Assembly: GCF_036507355.1 (NCBI RefSeq)
Contig: NZ_AP027877.1
Length of the DNA: 64,000 nucleotides
From: Escherichia coli
GTDB taxonomy: Bacteria > Pseudomonadota > Gammaproteobacteria > Enterobacterales > Enterobacteriaceae
Reading direction: 5' to 3' (one strand)
In this document: positions 58,621 through 64,000 of the stretch, piece after piece
Layout: every line of letters begins with the position of its first letter
Numbering within the stretch: position 1 is the stretch's first letter
Position numbers and translations under genes: made by a program
The notes under the pieces: generated by a model
What the model saw: the letters and a program-made list of their open reading frames with translations, nothing else
What the model was told of the DNA's origin: nothing
The model's database searches: none

Positions 58621-59442
58621 ATGTCGTGTGAAGAACTGGAAATTGTCTGGAACAATATTAAAGCCGAAGCCAGAACGCTGGCGGACTGTGAGCCAATGCT
58701 GGCCAGTTTTTACCACGCGACGCTACTCAAGCACGAAAACCTTGGCAGTGCACTGAGCTACATGCTGGCGAACAAGCTGTCATCGCCAATTATGCCTGCT
58801 ATTGCTATCCGTGAAGTGGTTGAAGAAGCCTACGCCGCTGACCCGGAAATGATCGCCTCTGCGGCCTGTGATATTCAGGCGGTGCGTACCCGCGACCCGG
58901 CAGTCGATAAATACTCAACGCCGTTGTTATACCTGAAAGGTTTTCATGCCTTGCAGGCGTATCGCATCGGCCATTGGTTGTGGAATCAGGGCCGTCGCGC
59001 ACTGGCTATTTTTCTGCAAAACCAGGTTTCTGTGACTTTCCAGGTCGATATTCACCCGGCAGCAAAAATTGGTCGCGGTATCATGCTCGACCACGCGACG
59101 GGCATCGTTGTGGGTGAAACGGCGGTGATTGAAAACGACGTATCGATTCTGCAATCTGTGACGCTTGGCGGTACGGGTAAATCTGGTGGTGACCGTCACC
59201 CGAAAATTCGTGAAGGCGTGATGATTGGCGCGGGCGCGAAAATTCTCGGCAATATTGAAGTTGGGCGTGGCGCGAAGATTGGCGCAGGTTCCGTGGTGCT
59301 GCAACCGGTGCCGCCGCATACCACCGCCGCTGGCGTCCCGGCACGCATTGTCGGTAAACCAGACAGCGATAAGCCATCAATGGATATGGACCAGCATTTT
59401 AACGGCATTAACCATACGTTTGAGTATGGTGATGGGATCTGA
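58621..59442 (+). CDS. cysE: serine O-acetyltransferase
   Basis: 273-aa ORF MSCEELEIVWNNIKAEARTLADCEPMLASFYHATLLKHENL..., hexapeptide repeats. Confidence 0.95.
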   Translation: MSCEELEIVWNNIKAEARTLADCEPMLASFYHATLLKHENLGSALSYMLANKLSSPIMPAIAIREVVEEAYAADPEMIASAACDIQAVRTRDPAVDKYSTPLLYLKGFHALQAYRIGHWLWNQGRRALAIFLQNQVSVTFQVDIHPAAKIGRGIMLDHATGIVVGETAVIENDVSILQSVTLGGTGKSGGDRHPKIREGVMIGAGAKILGNIEVGRGAKIGAGSVVLQPVPPHTTAAGVPARIVGKPDSDKPSMDMDQHFNGINHTFEYGDGI

Positions 59443-59467
59443 CGTCCTGTGATCGTGCCGGATGCGA

Positions 59468-59500
59468 TGTAATCATCTATCCGGCCTACAGTAACTAATC
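59468..59500. repeat. REP-like palindromic element
   Basis: gccggatgcgatg...catctatccggcctaca, REP-type imperfect palindrome between cysE and trmL. Confidence 0.55.
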
Positions 59501-59968
59501 TCTCAACACCGCTCCCGGATACCCCAGCTGCCGCCAGGCTTCATACACCACTACCGACACTGCATTAGACAGATTCATACTGCGGCTGTCCGGCACCATT
59601 GGAATACGAATTTTTTGTTCAGCGGGCAGGACATCAAGAATGCTCGCTGGCAGGCCGCGCGTTTCCGGGCCGAACATCAGATAATCACCATCCTGATAAC
59701 TTACGGCGCTATGTGCGGGCGTACCTTTAGTGGTGAGGGCAAACAGGCGCTGGGGATTTTCTGCTTCGAGGAACGCGCTGTAGTCATGATGACGCGTAAC
59801 GGCGGTAAACTCGTGATAGTCCAGCCCCGCGCGGCGCAGGCGCTTATCGTCCCAGGCAAATCCCATCGGTTCGATGATATGCAGACGAAAACCGGTATTA
59901 GCGCAAAGACGGATGATGTTGCCAGTATTTGGCGGAATTTCTGGTTCGTAAAGTACGATGTTTAGCAT
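59495..59968 (-). CDS. trmL: tRNA (cytidine/uridine-2'-O)-methyltransferase TrmL
   Basis: 157-aa SpoU-family [30 protein letters not shown]... Confidence 0.9.
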   Translation of the reverse strand: MLNIVLYEPEIPPNTGNIIRLCANTGFRLHIIEPMGFAWDDKRLRRAGLDYHEFTAVTRHHDYSAFLEAENPQRLFALTTKGTPAHSAVSYQDGDYLMFGPETRGLPASILDVLPAEQKIRIPMVPDSRSMNLSNAVSVVVYEAWRQLGYPGAVLRD

Positions 59969-59974
59969 ACTGCC

Positions 59975-60150
59975 CCCTTAGTGCGGGGGCAGGATAGCAG
60001 AAAATTGGTGAGCAGTGCGGCCTTTTCCCCTCACCCCGTAGGGGCGAGGGAGAAAAAAAGAGTGCGGTGTCGTTTCAGAGTGAGGGAGTACATACAGCGC
60101 CGAACGGTCCCCTCTCCCTGAGGGAGAGGGTTAGGGTGAGGGGGCGCAAA
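59975..60150. repeat. cluster of GC-rich palindromic intergenic repeats
   Basis: Several hairpins (ccccc-ttagtg-cggggg; cccctcacc...ggggcgaggg; ccctctccc-tgag-gggagaggg; ttagggtgaggggg) between trmL and lldD. Confidence 0.5.
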
Positions 60151-60153
60151 CAA

Positions 60154-61344
60154 CTATGCCGCATTCCCTTTCGCCATGGGAGCCAGTGCCACAGGCAACT
60201 CTTTACCCAGCCCCTGCACCAGCGAATCTTGCGTAATTTCGCTGATCGATTTCGCGCCAGTCAGCGTCATCGCCACTTTCATCTCTTTTTCGATCAGATT
60301 TAGCAGGTTAGCTACACCCGCCTGGCCCGCTGTTGCCAGCGCATACAGGAAAGCACGACCCAGCAGTACGGTGTCGGCACCGAGCGCAATCATACGCACG
60401 ACATCAAGCCCGTTACGAATTCCGCTATCCGCCAGAATGGCGATATCACCTTTCACCGCATCTGCAATAGCAGGCAGTGCACGGGCGGAAGAGAGTACAC
60501 CGTCCAGCTGGCGGCCACCGTGGTTAGAAACCACAATTCCATCAGCACCAAAACGTACTGCATCGCGCGCATCTTCCGGATCGAGGACCCCTTTGATCAC
60601 CATCGGGCCATCCCAGAAATCGCGGATCCACTCAAGGTCTTTCCATGAGATGGACGGATCGAAGTTATTCCCCAGCCAGCCGATGTAATCTTCCAGTCCG
60701 GTCGGTTTGCCGAGATAAGCTGAGATATTACCTAAATCATGTGGACGACCGTTCAGGCCCACATCCCACGCCCATTGCGGATGCGTCACCGCCTGCAAAT
60801 AGCGGCGCATTGCCGCGTTCGGGCCGCTCATTCCAGAATGCGCATCACGGTAGCGTGCGCCCGGTGTCGGCATATCCACGGTGAAAACCAGCGTCGAACA
60901 ACCCGCTGCTTTTGCTCGCTCCAGCGCGTTACGCATAAAGCCGCGATCGCGCAGTACATAAAGCTGGAACCACATTGGGCGCTTGATGGCTGGCGCGACT
61001 TCTTCAATCGGGCAAACGGAAACCGTCGAGAGAGTAAACGGAATGCCATGCGCGTCCGCCGCTTTGGCTGCCTGAACTTCGCCACGACGCGCATACATGC
61101 CACACAAACCCACCGGAGCCAGTGCCACCGGCATCGACAATTTCTCATTAAACAGCGTCGTTTCCAGGCTTAAGTCGGACATGTTTTTCAGAATACGCTG
61201 GCGCAGCGCCACTTCTGACAAATCTTCCACGTTGCGGCGCAGCGTGTATTCAGAATATGCACCCCCATCCATATAGTGGAACAGGAACGGCGGCAGAATG
61301 CGTTGCGCTGCGGCGCGATAATCGCTGGCTGCGGAAATAATCAT
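60154..61344 (-). CDS. lldD: L-lactate dehydrogenase (FMN-dependent)
   Basis: 396-aa [35 protein letters not shown]... Confidence 0.95.
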   Translation of the reverse strand: MIISAASDYRAAAQRILPPFLFHYMDGGAYSEYTLRRNVEDLSEVALRQRILKNMSDLSLETTLFNEKLSMPVALAPVGLCGMYARRGEVQAAKAADAHGIPFTLSTVSVCPIEEVAPAIKRPMWFQLYVLRDRGFMRNALERAKAAGCSTLVFTVDMPTPGARYRDAHSGMSGPNAAMRRYLQAVTHPQWAWDVGLNGRPHDLGNISAYLGKPTGLEDYIGWLGNNFDPSISWKDLEWIRDFWDGPMVIKGVLDPEDARDAVRFGADGIVVSNHGGRQLDGVLSSARALPAIADAVKGDIAILADSGIRNGLDVVRMIALGADTVLLGRAFLYALATAGQAGVANLLNLIEKEMKVAMTLTGAKSISEITQDSLVQGLGKELPVALAPMAKGNAA

Positions 61345-62117
61345 GCGTTTTTCTCCCTCGAATGCTCATTATGCTCACCGGGCAGGCGGGTAATCCGTGC
61401 GTGGCGAGCCTGATCTTCATCGAATCGTTTCATGGTGGTGTGAACAAAACTAAGGTGCGCCATCATTGCTTTACGCGCCCCGTCGGCATCACCAGCAAAA
61501 ATGGCGTCAATGACAGCCTGATGTTGTTCGGTCAGTTGTGAAAAAACCGGTGGCACCAGATACATCCGCTGACGGCTATGCTTCACTGAGGATTGCAGGA
61601 CATCGAAGAAACCGCGCATGGTTTGCAGCAGCACGATGTTATGTGAGGCTTCGGCAATCGCCAGATGAAAACGAACGTCCGCTTGTGAGGCGATATCCGG
61701 GTCTTCGCTGAGCGTTGCTTCAAAGCAAAGCTGAATCTTTTCTTTGTCGCCTGGTGTGGCGCGCATTGCCGCATGCCATGCGGTGCTGGCTTCAATGGCG
61801 TAGCGGGCTTCCAGAATATCGAAACTGTAATCCGGATCATCGGCCATCAGCGTTTTTAGCGGCTGGACGATGTTTTGCTCCGACCATGTGTCATGACGCC
61901 AGCGAATAAACGTCCCGCCGCCGCGTCGACTGAGCAGCACGCCTTCGCTCACCAGTTTTGCCAGCGCCTCGCGCAGTGAATTACGTGATACGCCGAGTTG
62001 CATCGCCAGTTGGCGCTCAGCGGGCAACTTCATGCCCGCTTCCAGGTTTTTTTCATCAATCAGCGCCCGCACACGATCGGCAACCTCGTCTGACAGGCGT
62101 CTGGGTAAAACAATCAT
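61341..62117 (-). CDS. lldR: GntR/FadR-family regulator of lld operon
   Basis: ATG at 62117 ([38 protein letters not shown]...). Confidence 0.9.
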   Translation of the reverse strand: MIVLPRRLSDEVADRVRALIDEKNLEAGMKLPAERQLAMQLGVSRNSLREALAKLVSEGVLLSRRGGGTFIRWRHDTWSEQNIVQPLKTLMADDPDYSFDILEARYAIEASTAWHAAMRATPGDKEKIQLCFEATLSEDPDIASQADVRFHLAIAEASHNIVLLQTMRGFFDVLQSSVKHSRQRMYLVPPVFSQLTEQHQAVIDAIFAGDADGARKAMMAHLSFVHTTMKRFDEDQARHARITRLPGEHNEHSREKNA

Positions 62118-63772
62118 TAAGGAATCATCCACGTTAAGACATAAGCCTGAAGCGTGGTGATCACGCCCACCATACAGGTGAAGATCAGGCTGTGTTTGAC
62201 AGTAAAGCGGAACAAATCAGACTCTTTGCCCACCAGGCCTACCGCCGCACAGGCGATAGCGATAGATTGCGGGGAGATCATCTTACCGGTGACGCCACCG
62301 GTGGTATTGGCGGCAACCAGCAACAGATCAGAGACGCCAATTTGTTGTGCTGCGGTGGCTTGCAGCGCGGCGAACAGGGCGTTAGATGAGGTATCCGACC
62401 CGGTCAGGAATACCCCCAGCCAGCCGAGGAACGGCGAGAAGAAGGTGAATGCATGACCGGTGTGCGCCAGTGCCAGCGCCAGTGTTGATGACAGTCCGGA
62501 ATAGTTCGAAATAAAGGCGAATGCCAGCACCATACCGATGGAGTAGATGGGCAGAGCCAGTTCTTTCAGCGTGCTGCCGAAGGTGCTGATAGCGTCAGAC
62601 GGTTTCATCTTCAGCCAGACAACCGAGAGCAGCGCAGCAAACAGAATGGCGGTACCGGTGGCAGAGAACCAGTCGAACTTAAACACGGCGGCATAGGCTG
62701 TAGCCTCGCTGACCACTGGCGGCATACGGGCAACCAGTTTATCGAGGTACGGCATCGGAATATTGATCACCCACTCATACAGCGCGCCACCCGATGCGAA
62801 CAGGGCTTTAAACGGCGGGATACTCCACAGTGTTACGGTAGCGGTCAGGAACAGGAACGGTGTCCAGGCACGTAACACCTGGCCCGCGGTGTAACCGGTG
62901 TGGGCCAGCGTCATATCAACCTGTGACGCTCCCAAATCACCAAAACGGAATACGCGCACTGGCTGCCAGCGTTTGAGGAACAGCGTCAGGCAGAGCAGTG
63001 ATACCAGCGAAGAGATAATGTCCGGCAGCTCCGGCCCAATGAAGTTAGAGCTAAGGTACTGAGCGATGGCAAACGAGCCGCCCGCAACCACGACCGCAGG
63101 CCACGTCTCTTTGATACCGCGCCAGCCGTCCATAATCGCCATGATCCAGAACAGCACGATAATGGTCATAAACGGTAGCTGCCGCCCCACCATCTGGCCA
63201 ATCTCAAAGCTGTCGATACCTGTTACCTGTCCGGCAACCAGGATTGGAATGCCCATCGCGCCAAATGCCACTGGCGCGGTGTTAACAATCAGGCACAGCC
63301 CGGCGGCGTACAGTGGTTTAAAGCCCAGACCGACCAGCAATGCGGCGGTAATTGCTACCGGTGCGCCAAAGCCTGCAGCTCCTTCGAGGAACGCGCCGAA
63401 ACAGAAACCGACGATCAGCATTTGCAGGCGCTGGTCTGGGGTTATCGAAAGAATAGACGAGCGAATGATGTCAAACTGCCCGGTTTTCACCGAGATCTTA
63501 TAGACGAACACTGCTGCAATAATGATCCACGCGATGGGCCACAACCCGTAGAAGAAGCCATAAACCACCGAGGCCAGTGCGTTAGCGACCGGCATTTTAT
63601 AGAACAGCAAAGCCACGGCAAGGGCGATTGCCACTGTCCATGAGGCGGCGATGTATCCTTTCAGTTTGAGCTTAATCAGCGCAAAGAAGAAAAACAGGAT
63701 GGGAAGCGATGCTATCAGGCTGGAAAGCCAGATATTCCCGGCGGGATCGTAGTTTTGTTGCCAGAGATTCAT
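62117..63772 (-). CDS. lldP: L-lactate permease
   Basis: ATG at 63772 ([30 protein letters not shown]...), AGGAGA SD. Confidence 0.9.
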   Translation of the reverse strand: MNLWQQNYDPAGNIWLSSLIASLPILFFFFALIKLKLKGYIAASWTVAIALAVALLFYKMPVANALASVVYGFFYGLWPIAWIIIAAVFVYKISVKTGQFDIIRSSILSITPDQRLQMLIVGFCFGAFLEGAAGFGAPVAITAALLVGLGFKPLYAAGLCLIVNTAPVAFGAMGIPILVAGQVTGIDSFEIGQMVGRQLPFMTIIVLFWIMAIMDGWRGIKETWPAVVVAGGSFAIAQYLSSNFIGPELPDIISSLVSLLCLTLFLKRWQPVRVFRFGDLGASQVDMTLAHTGYTAGQVLRAWTPFLFLTATVTLWSIPPFKALFASGGALYEWVINIPMPYLDKLVARMPPVVSEATAYAAVFKFDWFSATGTAILFAALLSVVWLKMKPSDAISTFGSTLKELALPIYSIGMVLAFAFISNYSGLSSTLALALAHTGHAFTFFSPFLGWLGVFLTGSDTSSNALFAALQATAAQQIGVSDLLLVAANTTGGVTGKMISPQSIAIACAAVGLVGKESDLFRFTVKHSLIFTCMVGVITTLQAYVLTWMIP

Positions 63773-63844
63773 TGCAGGTCTCCTGGAGTCCACGCACATC
63801 GTGTAATGAGTCTGTTGCTCATCTCCTTGTCACACGTTGTGTAA

Positions 63845-63861
63845 AAGTGGCACTGCCAATT
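63845..63861. promoter_or_regulatory. candidate LldR operator (aagtgg-cactg-ccaatt)
   Basis: Near-palindrome of AATTGG-type half-sites upstream of lldP. Confidence 0.4.
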
Positions 63862-63970
63862 GTGTTGTGTAGGGATAATGACAATGAATGGTTAACTAAA
63901 TGTTATGTATTGGCAACATTGATGTGAGTTTTAATTGGGGAATTGTGAACCAGAGGTCAGATAAGCGAAG

Positions 63971-63987
63971 AATTGGTAGGGCCAATT
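63971..63987. promoter_or_regulatory. candidate LldR operator (aattgg-taggg-ccaatt)
   Basis: Perfect 6-bp inverted repeat AATTGG/CCAATT with 5-bp spacer upstream of lldP. Confidence 0.5.
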
Positions 63988-64000
63988 CTTGTGGGGGAGA

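Overview
Enterobacterial (E. coli/Shigella-like) chromosomal window, mostly conserved core genes, with one ~8.1 kb integrative island that carries the only unexplained content. Gene calls rest on reading the ORF translations and recalling protein families; no database search was run. Core layout: yicJ-yicI, yicH, xanP, gltS, recG-trmH-spoT-rpoZ-gmk (minus strand), ligB (frameshifted here), yicG, dinD (degraded), then the island, then yicC, rph-pyrE, slmA, dut-coaBC, radC, rpmBG, mutM, coaD-waaA, an LPS core locus with R3-type gene content (waaQGP-I-Y-J-D, waaL, waaC-waaF-hldD), htrL, kbl-tdh, waaH, yibQ-envC-gpmM, yibN-grxC-secB-gpsA, cysE, trmL, lldDRP. The island (about 18504-26621) sits in the 3' end of yicC, flanked by an imperfect 17-bp direct repeat, and encodes a P4-type tyrosine integrase, an HTH protein, AlpA, a Toprim primase and a Walker-A helicase, with two P4 ori/crr-like iteron clusters. 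Its att-proximal end carries cargo I cannot assign: a small predicted secreted protein and a translationally coupled cluster of small genes (134 aa, 62 aa, a possible 20-aa hydrophobic peptide, then a terminator and a 97-aa ORF). This is the best candidate in the window for an undescribed system, for example anti-phage or helper-interference; that is inference only. No rRNA, tRNA, CRISPR array or IS element was recognised.
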